Assembly: GCA_038087875.1 (NCBI GenBank)
Contig: CM075988.1
Span: forward strand, 11,718,001 to 11,782,000
Reading direction: 5' to 3'
Length of the DNA: 64,000 nt
Source: Malacoraja senta
Lineage: Eukaryota
Part shown: piece after piece, positions 24,660 to 38,176 of the stretch
Position numbering within the stretch: the first letter of the stretch is position 1
Layout of the letters: every line of letters starts with the position of its first letter
The notes under the pieces: generated by a model
What the model was told of the DNA's origin: nothing
The model's input: only the letters and a program-made list of their open reading frames with translations
Databases searched by the model: none
Made by a program: the position numbers and the translations under genes

Positions 24660-25850
24660 CTCAAGAGAATAAGGTTGGTGAATTACTACCAGGGAACAAA
24701 GAAAAAGGCAGCTCTGCTAATTGTTTTTGCTTCAGTCTTTGCAATGGAGGACACTCAAATATCCTGAAGATAAAGATGGACTAATTAGCAATAACATGGA
24801 AAAAATCCCAGTGAGAAGGGAATATGTATTTTTTTTTAAACTAACAGCAGAAAGCAGGGGGGAAAACTGAGACCAAATTGCTTGCACCCAAGGGTTTTAA
24901 AGGAGGTAGCTGCACCAATATTGCACCATTTGTTGACACTTTTCAAAATATGCTAAATTATGGGAAGGGACCAGAAGATTGGAGGAGAAGTTGTGATTCA
25001 CTTGTTAAGAAAGGGAGGAAGACAGGAGAAATGTAGGCCAATTAGTTTAATCTATTCTTTGCAAGATGCTGGAGTCAATATTCTAAGAGGAAATAATTAA
25101 TCATCGTGGAAAACAGAATATCATCAATCTCGTCAAAATGGTTTAATGAAAGGTAAATCATGTTTACAAATTTTCTCTTCCTTTGAAGATATGTCAGTGT
25201 TGTTGGAGTATTTAGATTTCCAAAGGGAATTTAACAAGGTGCCACATGAGAAGCTGATATATAAATTAAGAGCCCTAGAAAGCGTGTAAGGATACCATAG
25301 AATAACAACTGGCTACCACGTTGAAAGGAGATGGAATAAATGGATCATTTTTAGGCTGGACGTAGTGAAATAGGCCATTGGCATGTTGGCCTATGTTGCA
25401 AAAGAGTTGGAGGTTACAGATTGGGTGGTTTCATTACAGTTGTACTGGCTGTTGGTGAGGCCAGTCCTGGAATAAGATGCATATAGTCATAGATTGACAC
25501 AGTGTGGAAAAAGGCCCTTCAGCCCAACTTGCCCACACCAGCCAACATATCTCAGCTACACTGGTCCCATCTGCCTGCGCTTGGTCCATATAAACTTGCC
25601 CTATCCATGTAAATGTTCTTAGTTCTTATTCTTTAATCTAAAAAAATTAAGTAACTTTGGAGGTTGTCCAAAGGAGATTCACCAGGCTATTTCTTGGGAT
25701 GAGATGGTTATCTTACCAAGAGACACTTAAGAGTTTGGTTCTGTATTCCTTGGAGTTTAGAAGAATGTGAGTGACATTAACCAAGCATGCAAGATCCCAA
25801 GGAGGCCTGACAAGGTGGGCGTTGAGATGTTTTCTTGAATGAGAATCACT
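24660..25850 (+). mobile_element. Old, highly decayed CR1 ORF2 with a nested minus-strand CR1 tail (about 25485-25617)
   Basis: Remnant YLDFQ (TATTTAGATTTCCAAAGG..AACAAGGTGCCACA), GGTTTAATGAAAGGTAAATCATG and GTCCAAAGGAGATTCACCAGG segments. Confidence 0.65.
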
Positions 25851-26239
25851 AATAAGGAGACACAGATACAACAAAAAAATGTTGCTATCAGAGAGTAGTG
25901 AATATCTAGAATGGACAAATGCATGCATGATTCCATTTGTCTGTTTTCTATGTGGTGCAGAGGATAGCCAACTGTGGTGGTGCCAGTGTTTGCCTCTTGC
26001 TCTGAAATTGGTATTGGGAATGGAGAGTCATGACCTGGCTGGCAGCCATTATTTTGCAAATGCTTTGGCTTTTGAAAGATAAGGTTGGCACACACCTTGC
26101 ACATCCTGCGGGCTTCATGCGGGTGCCTGTTGTTCAATCTTGTGGCCTCACTAGGGGCTGGTGAGAACAGCTTCTGGCAGTCACCATCATGATCGATGGA
26201 TGGACACACAAAACTTAGAAAAGGATATGGAATCGGAGA

Positions 26240-26680
26240 TTTAAGAGGATGTTGCCTGGACTGGAGGGCCTCAGCAATGGCTTGAGGTTGGACAAGCTAG
26301 GATTTTATCCTTTGGAGTGCAGGAGAGGTGTAGAAAATCATCAGAGGAATGAATAGTGAATACATGTAGTCTTTTATCTAGTGTAGGGGAGTCAAGAACC
26401 AGAGGATGTTGACTTAAAGTGAGAGGGCAAAGATTTAATAGGAAGTTGGGGGGAACTCAGATGGTGGTGGGTATATGGAACGGTCTGGCAGAAGATGTAG
26501 ATGAGGCAGGTATTATAACCAACATTTAAAATGTATTTGGAGAGGTACATGGATAGGTAACGTTTAGAGGGATATGGGACAAATACTGACAAATAAGACT
26601 GGCTTAGATGGGGCATCTTGGTTGGCATGGACAACTTAGACCAAAGGGAGTGTTTCTATACTATCTGACTCTGTAACTCT
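26240..26680 (+). mobile_element. CR1 LINE 3' fragment
   Basis: AGGATGTTGCCTGGACTGGAGGG...GGTACATGGATAGG...GGGCATCTTGGTTGGCATGGAC matches the CR1 3' end. Confidence 0.75.
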
Positions 26681-27651
26681 AAATAGGAGGTTTGTGACCC
26701 TCTGGATGTAATAGTTTAGCCACTTTTTCCATTAATCTCTCAGTTTGACTTGCACAAGATGCAATCTAAGTTCCAAGCCACTTGCAATTCAAGAGTCACC
26801 AGCCTTATCAGCCAGATATGAGTGTGAAACTCTGCTAAATCTTTCTCAGATGAGTTATTGAGGAGTTCATCTCAGTTTTGCAGTTAACATGGGATCCAAT
26901 TCAATCCATATCATTCAGCACTGGTTTAATTACACTTGTCTTCTGGATATATAGTTTATAGGACTGGCTAGCAGGACTACACATCACTTGGAAGTTGTTG
27001 ACCAGGTAATGATAAAAGCGAGCCATGAAATGGGCCAAGCAGGCCTCTGAGAAATTCTGCATTGGTGTTCTGTAGCCCATTTATCAGCTTTCTTGCATTA
27101 AACAGCATCGGCACGCTATCAGCCATTATTCATTCAGGAGATATATTTAACATTATGAATGCCAGCTATGCAGCTAGAATATGCAATAGTGCAGCTTTTT
27201 TTTTCTTTTCTGAAAAGCTGTCTCTAAAACTGCAAAAATGATTTTTCCAGGCACACATCACTATTTGTCATTTATGTCTCATTAATTTTTATTTTGTTTT
27301 GCTCGCTTAATTCGCATCCATGATAATCTATCGGGTCACCAACTTTAGGATTTGTTTTGTGTTCCGACCTGGTAATATTTGTTGAATTCTTTGCAGCCTT
27401 GTTTTCTGAGCAAGGATTGCCTCGGTGAGGAATGCAGTTCCATGTACTTGGTCTGAGCTAATTGTACAGAAGAAACGCTTGTATGAATGGCATCCCATGC
27501 TGGAAACAGAATTGCTGGAGCTGAAGAGAATGTCAAAGAGAAAGAGTGTGGCTGCAGCCGATGCCAACATGTTTGTTGCAAATGTATACCATTTTGGTTC
27601 CGTGAGTGATGCTTTGCTGGTGAAGGCAATAAATTCAAGGAAATTGAAAAT

Positions 27652-28215
27652 TGAACAGTGCAGTGCAGGAACAGGCCCTTTAGCCCATAATGTCTGTGCC
27701 AAACATGAAGCTAAGACCAACCCTTAACTGCATGTACATATTTTATATCCCTCCATTCCCTGCATATCCATGTGTCTATCCAAAAGCCTCTTAAATGCCT
27801 CAGAGTCATAGAGTGGTACAGTGTGGAAATGGGTCCTTCAGCCCAACTTGCCTACACCGGCTAACATGTCCCAGCTTCACTGGCCCCACCTGCCTGCGTT
27901 TGGTCCATATCCCTCCAAACCTGTCCTATCCATGTAATTGCCTCCCCCACCTTGTATCTGCTCTCTTGAACATCCTCTCTTGTATCTGCCTCCACCACCA
28001 CCCCCTGCAGCTGGTGCCAGATACTCGCTGCTCTCTGTGTTTAAACCAAAATTGGGGGGGAAAAAAATCTCCTTTAAACTTTGCCCCTCACATATTGAAG
28101 CTATGCCCTCTAGTATTCGATATTTTGAACTTGGGATACAGGTTCGGATTGACTTCCCTATCTATGCCTAATAAATTTATATACTTCTATCGGGTTTCCC
28201 CTCAACCTCTGCCGC
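27652..28215 (-). mobile_element. Two nested CR1 3' fragments
   Basis: Two CR1 3' termini (ACAGTGCAGGAACAGGCCCTT at about 27660; CATAGAGTGGTACAGTGTGGAAA at about 27808) followed by UTR sequence. Confidence 0.7.
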
Positions 28216-28867
28216 TCTATGTTCTTGCACCTTCAATCTAGATCCGTTGTGTCAGCTTACAAAAATATTATCTTGGTGAAATAAATGATCAAATATCAAT
28301 TCCATACCAAGTAACGTCAGAAATTGAAGAAAGCACTTCAGTTGAATGCCATTAAATGGGAGGAATTGATAGTTTATTAATTATTCATGTATGTTCCTAC
28401 ACAGTGCATGTTGACCTTGTACTTAAGTGATAACTCCCACCTATTACATGCACACTTGACTCCGACATAATTTCTCTCCAGTAATTGTGAAAATTATCGA
28501 CATTGACTCGGTTACTGAAAATGCTCGCCCTTGATAAAACTATTGCCAGAGTGTGGAAATCTGCAGAGAGAAAATTAAAAGCACCGAGAGTGTAAAAATA
28601 TATTGTTTCATTGAATCTGTTCAAAGATTGAATCAATTTATCAGGTGGCACACACGTTAACTTCCATGTCGCTTTTTAAAATATTAGTAAAAGAGAGAGG
28701 AGAAAAAAGCCAATTCTTTTCAATATATCTTGAAGGAGCTGCCAGCGACAGAAACAATAACTTGAGAAAGAACGTCAGCCATAATCTTAACTCACCCAGG
28801 AATCAAATAAACAATAGTTCTCTAGAAAATCTTTGTTGGGTGGTTGCCATATTATGTGGTAAATCAA

Positions 28868-29010
28868 AGATGGACAGAAAGTGCTGGAGTAACTCAGCAG
28901 GTCAGGCAGCATCTCTGGAGAGAAAGGATGGGTGACGTTTTGGGTCGGGGCCCTGCTTCAGACTGAAAGTGGAGGGGAGGGAACTGGAGGTAAGAAAAGG
29001 CCAAAACCAA
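28868..29010 (-). mobile_element. Penelope pLTR solo copy with hammerhead remnant
   Basis: The reverse complement of 28931-28964 is AGTCTGAAGCAGGGCCCCGACCCAAAACGTCACC. Confidence 0.75.
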
Positions 29011-29799
29011 GGTAAATCAGTTTGCTGCATTCTAGTTCAACTTCATTCCTCTTGCTATATCGTGTATATATTACCACTAATCAGGCCACATTTCTGTCGG
29101 GTCTTGGTTTCTTAAAACATGAGGCTAAATCTCAAACATATTTCAGTGCAATGCCTCAACAGAGTTGGGCTGGGTGGGGATGGGGTTGGTGAGTAATATT
29201 TATTTTAATTGTCTTTGGAGAATTAATTATTTGTAGATTTAATACATGCATGATAGTTTGCTGCCAGCTGCCACTGATTCTAAACATTAAGTTCAAAGGA
29301 CATCAGATAAAATGAATGTCTGCATATGAGAAGAACCAGCAGATACACATGCATCAAGTGCATGTTCTGTGGTTGTGTCTGAAAGTAACTTTCCTTTTGT
29401 CAATCTTGTCAATTTTGTCAAATGATAAACTATATTGTAGGAAATAAAATATTTATTTTCAATGGGAAACTAGTTGGTAGTCTATACAGTGGTTTGGTGT
29501 GTCTGGAGTTGAGAAAGGAGTCAAACCATATTTATTTGAGTGTTACTTCATTGTTGAGAGCTGCACATTCACAGCTGAATATGATATGTTGTGCATTGCA
29601 GAGTGAATATCTATTTTTAAAACAATAAATACCCAAGTATAACTGGCAGCAATCATCATGAGAGTCGATCAGCTGCTTTTCACCGTGGTTTCCCATTCTC
29701 TCTGACCCAAATCACTATTCCCGATAGGTCCCTCAAATATATACAAATACAAAGCTAATGGCCAAAGGACCATCCTGGAATGTAAAGATAGCAGTAGAT

Positions 29800-30920
29800 C
29801 TTCCTGATAACAAACCACCATCTTCAACCATCCATCTGAGCCTTGCACTCCTCAATCTTGAGCAACAAATGCAGCGAGCTATTTTATATGGGCTCGAGGA
29901 CTATGATTCAGCCACCTCTCCCACTTTCCTCCCATCCTCGATCCACCAGGCCAAATTATCCATCATGTTCCTTGCTCTTTCCACAATGAATGAACAATTC
30001 CATGTTCCTTCCACAATGAATGCCCATACTTCTTGAGATGTTATGTCAACTTCCATTGTCATCCTTTTAAGAACATCTTGTCCATGCTGCCCAACTCCTG
30101 CTCTCTCTGTTATTTTTCATAGCACACCAACCTAACAACTTGGTTCCAAGTTAACATCCCAAAACTGATCCTGATCCTTCTGTTTCTCTCGCCCTTCCAA
30201 AAGTCCTTGAATGTCAGCTTTCTCAAGTCCATGGTTTTGTGCTCTGTTCCAAACTAAACGCTGTATTAAGATCCACCTCTTTTTTTGTAATTCTTGCAGG
30301 GCCTTGCCCCTCATTAGCTTTTTAAACTATAATATTATTTGTTAACATGGTAAGCTCTGGCTGTTGCATCACACCATCCTTCCCCAAAACCACCATTCTG
30401 CTGATGCACTGCCCCTCTAAGTCTCGAACCTTAAGCCACACCATGTCCCTTTCAATCATCACGCATTTTCTTGTCACACCGGCTCCTTGTCTTGCAATCA
30501 TTGTGTTTACAATTTTTGTCCTTATTGTCAAAGGGCGGCACGGTGGCACAGCAGTACAGTTCTCCCCGTGACCTGCGTCGGTTTTCTTCCACACTCCAAA
30601 GATGTACAGGTTTGCAGGTTAATTGGTTTGGTATAAATATAAAAATTGTCCTTGGTGTAGGACAGTGTTAGTGTGCGGGGATCGCTGGTCTGTGTGGACC
30701 CGTTTCCAAGCTATATCTCTAAACTAAACTAAATCCCGTCCACTGCTCTCCCATCTTGTAATCTCTAACCTTATTGGACTTTGAGATCTTGCAGCTCTCC
30801 AACTAAAAAATAAATCTCCTGGCCATAATCTCTGAAACTTTCTGCATAGGCTATCTACTTCTCCATCTCACTTTCATTTAAAATACTCATTAAAACATTA
30901 TTTCTGTGGTACACTGTGTA
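29800..30920 (+). mobile_element. Possible ancient L2-type LINE remnant (interrupted by a SINE)
   Basis: Pyrimidine-rich decayed sequence with CCTTCCAAAAGTCCTTGAA (SKVLE-like) and CACACCATCCT (HTIL-like) traces. Weak support. Confidence 0.35.
30532..30733 (+). mobile_element. tRNA-derived SINE, internally deleted
   Basis: GGGCGGCACGGTGGCACAGC head joined directly to the core domain, with a (CTAAA)n tail at about 30719-30733. Confidence 0.8.
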
Positions 30921-31952
30921 ATTTTGATTCATTACCTTTTCCAGCAAATTGTGATATTTGCAAGTTTTCTTGGCCAAGTCTGGTAGACCAAGTCATCACT
31001 AAAAGGTTTTCAAGGCAATGATATGTCACAGATTGCTTGAAACATATGATGACTGTATTTTCAGAAATGTACATACAATCTTCATGGTTTGCTACATTTG
31101 AAAGCTACCGTAAAGTAAATAATTCAAAATACAAAATTATGGAATGGTACATGCTTCACATGAATGTTTACAGGAGTGGTTACAGAAGCTTTTTCAGCAA
31201 AGCTTTGAAGATGCATGCATTTCCTTGTCACTTTATGCATTAGAAAGCCGAAATGGGCGTAACAATTTTAGCCAAATAATTGCAATAATAATGTCTGGTG
31301 CTGAACTCGAACACCAAGCTGTGCTGAAGATGTTGAGATTGATATTGTGTTGATTACGTCATGACATAAAATCCATTAGTGAACTTTATAAACCATTAAA
31401 GAAGACGGTCTGAGGTGACCACAATGCCCTTATAAAGGTCATTTGAGAAAATTACAATTGGGAATGAATAAAAGCATAGGAAAATCTATGAAATGCCAGC
31501 TGCCAGTGAGTGACTAAGAGTTGGAATAACACTGTTGGAGACCTCTGAATTGACAGTTCTTGTTTCGTCATCTAAAATGCTGTCTTTCGAAGGGTATGGG
31601 TTAGATTTGCGACCCTGAACATGCTGTCCTGATATTGAGCCACACAAACGCTTAGCAATGAGCTGAATGAGTTTGCGTGAATGACTGCACACATTTATGC
31701 TGAAACATAAATGAATAATGGTGTGGTTATTGGATAGAGTGAATTGAGGCTGCATTAGTTACAGGGCTCTGCTGTAGTATTTATAGAATGCTGTTCAACC
31801 CCGCAAATGGATTTGGAATAACGACACAGTCCAGGAGAAGGAAGAAAAACAAAGAAACCGGGATGAAACAAAATGCTGCAGAAAGTAGTGGAGAAATTAT
31901 TTTCCAGCATCATTTCAATACATATGCCTTTGTACTTGCTAATATTTGAGGG

Positions 31953-32337
31953 AAGGTAGACACAAAATGCTGGAGTAACTCAGCGGGTGAGGCAGCATCT
32001 CACCTTATTGGACTTTGAGATCTTGCAGCTCTCCAACTGAAAAATAAATCTCCTGGCCATAAGCTCAGAAGGAATGGGCAACGTCCTCAGAAGGAATGGG
32101 CAACGTTTCGGGTCAAGACCATTCCTCAGACTGATGTGTTGAACTCTCGTCGGAGAGAGGAGAACTTCTTCAAAGTAGACATACCTTGAGGAGATTTCAC
32201 AGTAGAGTGGACAAAATGTGTGAGAAAGAAATGCAGATGCTCGAGAGAGAAAGAGATGCTGTCTCACCCGCTGAGTTACTCCAGCATTTTGCACCTACCT
32301 TTGATTTAAACCAGCATCTGCAGTTCTTTCTTACACA
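31953..32337. mobile_element. Penelope pLTR-derived inverted element containing a templated 61-bp insertion
   Basis: Inverted arms AGGTAGACACAAAATGCTGGAGTAACTCAGCGGGTGAG / CTCACCCGCTGAGTTACTCCAGCATTTT. 32002-32062 duplicates 30768-30828. Confidence 0.8.
32101..32131 (-). ncRNA. Minimal type-I hammerhead ribozyme motif (best-preserved core in the window)
   Basis: The minus strand reads GU-CUGAGGA-AU-GGUC-UU-GACC-C-GAAA-CGUU-G. Both core boxes are intact and stem III is the palindromic ACGU. Activity is not shown. Confidence 0.55.
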
Positions 32338-33674
32338 TAATTTGAAGGGATGTACAATAGTTCTTCCATATTCCAACAGTGTATGCATTCCACACAGAAA
32401 AAGAAAAACTGCATCAAAAGCAGCATTGGGAGAAAATAAAGGTTTTGTGTGGTTGGGTGAATTAATAGCTCCATTAAGTGGTCCCACATTGGATGGAAAA
32501 TTAACAGTGAATTTTAAAAAACATTCAGTGGTTTGTGGTAGAGAAATATTAAATAGTTAGATCCAACTGATCCAAGCTTGCTGCCCAGATTTATTGCCTG
32601 TGCGCTCCCTAACCTCCTAGATACAGAGGGCTGCAGGAGGTGACCACGCACCCAAGCTGGACAGTCAAAGGCTTTTCAACTGTTTTGGAACAGTTGTCGG
32701 AGACTTTTAGTGACTGTCCAAACAGATTTAATTCATTAGATAACATGAGCATGATTTTAAAAATTAAGCATATTGTAAACCACTCTTCAATAATTAAAAT
32801 TTGTAAGCACTTATCTTTTTTCCCATAGGATTGCAAAAAGCATTTGAGATGAATAGGGTCATCCATATGCAGCTCTTACCCTGGCTTAAAGCTCGGGCGC
32901 AGTTGCATCCTCCCTCAGCACTTCAATCCACCACCACTCTTTTGTAGCTTGAGTGAAGTTGGGAGAAAAAGAACATGCATTGTTAGTGGCTGGTGCTGCT
33001 CTCTGAATTTTTGCTGGTGTGTCAATCACAGTTAGCCAGAACAACTCGGGCAAGCTGCAATTAAACACAAAGCTTTTAGACCACGTGCCATTCAAGCAAT
33101 TACGTAATGGCTTAATTACTACATGGAACTTGAAGGAAGCTGACTGAATATGTTATAAATCATTCATTTCTTTTGGTTTGTTTTATCTCCTCGTCTGCAA
33201 ATACTTCCAAATGTCTCATCAACATCTTTCAGAAATTAGCCACCAAAAAATGTGCTACATGGGGCATGGAGTTCTGGTTTTGGTTTTCCATTCCTCGCTG
33301 CTGGTGATAATGGAGTTGACGTAAAATGCACATGGACATGAATAGACTCTTGAATCTGACCTGTTGCGGGACAGTATGTGTCAAGTAGCTGCATCAACCA
33401 CGACCTTCAGTAAATAATCACTTGGGAATGTCCTCAGCTCATAACAATGTTGGCACTGTTCCATTTCTGCCCCAGCCTGAGGGCCTGATTCTTGGGCTTA
33501 AAAAAGGAGGCCCTTGTTCCCCAAATTTCTTATTGAGTAGGGATCTTCTTCTGTGTTACTCCACAAAAAAAATAAAAGCAAAGAAACAAAATGGAGGTGG
33601 TGGGAGAATTGTGGAAGGGCTGGGTGGGTGGTGGGTGTGGGGGGGGGGGGAGATGTGGAGGAGAGAAGAGGGTA

Positions 33675-34075
33675 TTACATGAATTTGGATAATTCGCTGT
33701 TCATACCATTGGGTTGTAGACTGCTCAAGTAGAATATGTAATACTGTTCTTCCAGTTTGCAAGTGGTCTCATTCTGCCCATGGAAGCCAAGGCCAGTATA
33801 GGAATGGGACAAAGAGTTAAAGTGGGTAGCAAACAGGAGCTGCAGCAGGCCTTGGCTGACAAAGGGGCAGTTTTCGGCAGAACCAGTCGCCTTGTCATGA
33901 TTTGGTCTCCCAATGCAGAGGGGCCACATTGGGAGCACAGAGTGCAACAGATAAGCTTGGAAGAGATGCATGTGAAATTCTTGCTCACCTGGAAGGTATT
34001 TTGGGGTCAATTGAAGTGAGAGAGGAGGAGTAACATGTCCGACGGCTGCAGGGACGGGGAGCTGGGAGAAAGGTC
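33675..34075 (-). mobile_element. Penelope-like element GIY-YIG fragment
   Basis: ORF 33675..34079 has THFNSLSHS..QNETTCKLEEQYYIFYLSSLQPNGMN, homologous to ORF 48371..48868. Confidence 0.8.
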
Positions 34076-34782
34076 TCAAATGCTACCACCAATGTTCATG
34101 AGCCACGACTTTTTTGGGGGGACCATGGAGCCAGGTACCTCAATCAAGCCCTTGATTAGCCATTGAATTGCAATTGCAGATCCACATACTCGCAAGGTCG
34201 AGTGCATTCCGGGAATATTGGTGAATGCCGCATATTACTCCTGAGCCATCTCCAGTGAGTCTTGTTTGCCACGAGAAGGATTATATTGATGTTTTGTGAT
34301 GATAGATGGTGAAATATCATTGGTCATTGTATGATGGGAACTGCTTTGGGTACACCCACAGCCAGTCTGCTTTGACAAGCCTAAACCTGCAAGCTGAAAC
34401 TTGCATTGAAATTGTCATCTATGTAGGATGGATATTAATGGTCCTTTCATGTCTGTTCCACTGCCCTTCATGGTATCTGTGGGATGTTGGTGTCCTTATG
34501 TCTCACCAATAATGAGTTAATATAAAGTATTTACAGCCAAGAGCGAATCTGCTTTATCAAGCACAACGTCCCCAAAAGAAACAAGCTATAATTTCTTATG
34601 GTCCACTTTCAACTCCTGCAGCATTGTTAATTAGTTCATTAATTATTCCCTGTTATTTAATGACGTATGTATTCTTCCCGATAACTCTTAGATTATCCCT
34701 GAAGAAGAGTAATCTTAAGGGAGCTGTGACTTCTCAGAATGTTGCATGTAATGTTTCTCAATAAGGTTGATGGCCCATCTAT

Positions 34783-35087
34783 CGAAGAAGCAAAAAACAA
34801 ACTGCTGGCGGAACTCGGCAGGTCAAGCAGCATCCATGAGGGGAAAGGAGAGCAGTTTTGGGTTGAGATTGTGCATTAGAACTGAGTGGAGGTTGAAGAT
34901 GGCTTGTATGAAGAGGAGAGGGATGGGGCTGAGGGGTTTCTACCCCTCCAGTCTCAGTCCTGATGCAGGTCCCCACCCCAAACATCAACAATTCCACTTC
35001 TCCCATATACACTGCTCTCCCCATTAAATTCCACCAGCAGTTTGATTTTTCCTCCAGATCCCAGCAGCTGCAGTCTCGTGTGTCCCT
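34783..35087. mobile_element. Decayed Penelope pLTR inverted element
   Basis: AACTGCTGGCGGAACTCGGCAGGTCAAGCAGCATC arm, a partial reverse arm and a CAGCAGCTGCAGTC tail. Confidence 0.55.
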
Positions 35088-35745
35088 GTGAAAGAAGCAA
35101 AATATATAACTCAAAGTAATGGTCGTTAATCAAAAATTTGTTCCTTTAAAAAGAATATTCCAAGATTAGAAGTACCAAGGAGAGATGATTGACAGTTCAG
35201 TACAAGATAGATGTAGTCATAACTTCTGACAAATGAAGAACAAAGTCACCTTCTCAGAAACGGATGAGGTAAATGAATGCTGCATTTAGCTGTATTGGCC
35301 AAGCAGGTAACACACTACAAAACACCATGCTGGTGAAATTGTTCTCTTAAAAAAAAGTTGTAGTTGTTAATCCTGCCTGATTCCCCAGAGATCAAGGCAG
35401 TGTCCCATTGTCGTGGTAAAGGTTTGTGTGCAATGGATCTCATCCTTACAATGAACTTTCTATGGCAGACGCAGCAACTTCTGTAGTGAACACCATGGAG
35501 GGAAATGAGAGGGAGCAAAAATTACTCTACACTACAATCCTGCCCACACATTCATTCCCATGCTCTAAACCATAGTGATTTGTCTCTCTGTAATGGTGAC
35601 AGGGGTCAGTATTGTATTCTACCGTGAAACTCTGCTGTGGGCACTCAAACTCACAGACCTAATCTGCTAACGAAGTTGACGAGTGGCGAGCCAAACAAAC
35701 ACAATATGGAAGCAAAAGGTTAATGTTCCTTTTAGAAAACCGTAA

Positions 35746-36062
35746 TTTAGTTTTGTTTTTAGTTTAGAGATACAGTGCGAAAACAGGCCCTTCATCCCAC
35801 CGTGTCTGCACTGACCTGCGATCCCCCTCACATTAACACATGGCTGTACACACTAAGGACAATTTACAATTGATACCAAGTCAATTAACTTATACGTCTT
35901 TGGAGTGTGGGAGGAAACCGTAGATCACAGAGAAAACCCACGCGGTCACAAGGAGAACGTACGAACTCCATACAGACAGCACCTGTAGTCGGGATCGAAC
36001 ATTTGTCTTCGGCGCTGCAAGCACTGAAAAGCAGCAACTACCACTGCGCCACCATGCTGCCC
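35746..36062 (-). mobile_element. tRNA-derived SINE (HE1/V-SINE-like)
   Basis: GGGCAGCATGGTGGCGCAGTGG head, GTTCGATCC B-box and (CTAAA)n-type tail. Confidence 0.88.
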
Positions 36063-37009
36063 TTAAATCATACATGTTTTGGGGCTTAGTGCAGAGTGGC
36101 CCTTGTTTTAATGCAAATAAAAAGCATGTTTATAGGGTGCATATTTTTGCACCCTATACTGTAAGTGTTTTTTTTGGGCAAATTAGCATTTTGTGCATTG
36201 ATGATATCAGGTGTGGGTAAAAGTCCTGAGGAAAGTAAACTTTGCAAATGTGAATTATGTGTAAAGTATCTTGTCCAATTTCTCTTTTGGTGGGGCTTAG
36301 ACAGGAAGTGAGAACAATTGCAATAAAACATGTGCATCTGGGTCCCAACACTTAGCAGCAAGGTCTCCACTGAGTGATTAAAAAAAAAATATTGCACTGC
36401 AATTGAACTGCAGCTTTGTGCTATTTACAGCAGATTTGTAAGAGTTCCAAAAGCAGATTATAAATTACAATTATGGTTGAATGTATTAATTATGTTACAT
36501 TTTGCACTTATTATTTTAAATATTCCTGTCAAACTATTGCCACATCTCTTTCTCTCTCTCTCTTGTCTGTTTCTAACCTTTTTTTAATGGTGGAACACTG
36601 TTCTATGCCTTTCATTAATTGTCATCCTTTTGTCAAGTCAGAATGCATTGCTTTCTGATCATAATTGCAAATGGCTCCCTTTCAAATATAAAAAGATTAG
36701 CTTTGTTACTGCACATGAATATTAAATCAAGTGGCACTTGTCTTCAGGATTTTGGCGCCAGGCAATTTAACTATTATGTTACCATTTATTTACACAATAC
36801 TTCCTTCTGTGATGACAATCAGACATCCTGTCATCCTGGGCTTTCAATCTGGTTCTTCGAAGTCTTAAAATATCAGAGAAATAGTTGACCTTCCAAATAG
36901 GCACATTGCCACAGATACAAAGAATAAGTGAACGGTGCTGATTTTTGTAATTGTATTGTCTGTCCCCTTTTCGGTCCTCTGGAGCCAATCAGCATTTCAA
37001 ACAAAGGTC

Positions 37010-37228
37010 AAGACACCAAGTGCTGGAAGGACTCAGCAAGTCAGGCAGCATCTGTGGAAGGAATAGATAGGCAATGTTTCGGGTCGGAATCTTTCAATTG
37101 ATTCTTGTAGAGGGGATAAAGCTGGAGAAGAGACAGCTGTCACCTGTACATTCCCTTTACTGATGCTGCTTGACCACTGAATTCTTCCAGCATTTCAAGC
37201 TTCCAGCACCTGCTGTTGCTTCTCTATC
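37010..37228. mobile_element. Penelope pLTR inverted element
   Basis: AGACACCAAGTGCTGGAAGGACTCAG arm and reverse arm CTGAATTCTTCCAGCA, with a hammerhead remnant (GTTTCGGGTC). TTTCAAAC occurs on both flanks. Confidence 0.65.
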
Positions 37229-37486
37229 CTTTCAAACCAATGTATTGGCCAGAGGGAGAAACTGCTTCCAGAATTTGATTAATTTTCATAGAAGTAGTGG
37301 TGGAAACAATGTGGTACTGATATGACTGGACCACTCTGTGCCATCCCATACTACTTACAGGAGCGTGTTATACATCAGTTTTGATGCTGGTTCCAATGAG
37401 TTGGCTTTGCTGGAGAATTGTGTATGTGCAAGCTGTCATCACATAGATTCTGTTCTGAACAATGTCATTGCATTGTTCTGAAAGCA

Positions 37487-37766
37487 GAGTTGCTGCCAAA
37501 CAGTGCTTACAGAGCCAGAGACCTGGGTTTGATTCTGGCTACGGGTGCTTGTCTGTACAGAGTTTGTACGTTCTCCCCATGAACTGTGTGGGTATACTCC
37601 AAGAACTTCAGTTCCCTCCCACACTCCAAAGACGTACAGTTAATTGACTTGGTATAAATGTAAGAATTGTTGCCAGTGCAGCATAGTGTTAATGTGCAGG
37701 GATCACTGGTCGGTGCGGACTGGGTGGGCTGAAGCACTGTATCTCTAATCTAAATTGAAATTGAAA
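37487..37766 (+). mobile_element. tRNA-derived SINE (HE1/V-SINE-like)
   Basis: GAGTTGCTGCC..AGAGACCTGGGTTTGATTC head, CTCCCACACTCCAAAGACGTACAG core and CTGTATCTCTAA end. Confidence 0.8.
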
Positions 37767-38176
37767 AGGACATAATTTGATATGATTTTTGAGGAGCTAA
37801 CAGAAGTTCACACCTTAAAATGTTTTCAGGATTGTTGAGCATGATGCTTTGGGTAATGTATGGAAAGGGCCAAGTAAGTGCAATCCCTAATCCCTCTCTT
37901 TGTAAATCAACTCAATATTAAGGCAGAGGAGCCACATTCTTTCAATAGCTTTAACTGGCAATACCCCGTAGCTTGTGATCCACATTGTGTTTTTGATTTG
38001 ATGTATTTTTAATCAAACAAGGGCAGAGTGGAGAAGATGAGGCAGAAGGATACAGACTGATGTTGCAACTATGATAAATCTTTCCACAATATTCTTCTTT
38101 CGATTATGTTATGTTTCAATCTTCTGTTATAGCGAGAAAGGAAGAATGGTATATGTGAAGGTTCATGAGTGAGTTA

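Noticed and set aside
27397-27727. ORF 27425..27727 with a nearby acceptor and GTGAGT donor
   Set aside because: All three frames have a stop between the acceptor (27396) and the donor (27602), the ORF runs into a CR1 tail, and there is no recognisable homology.
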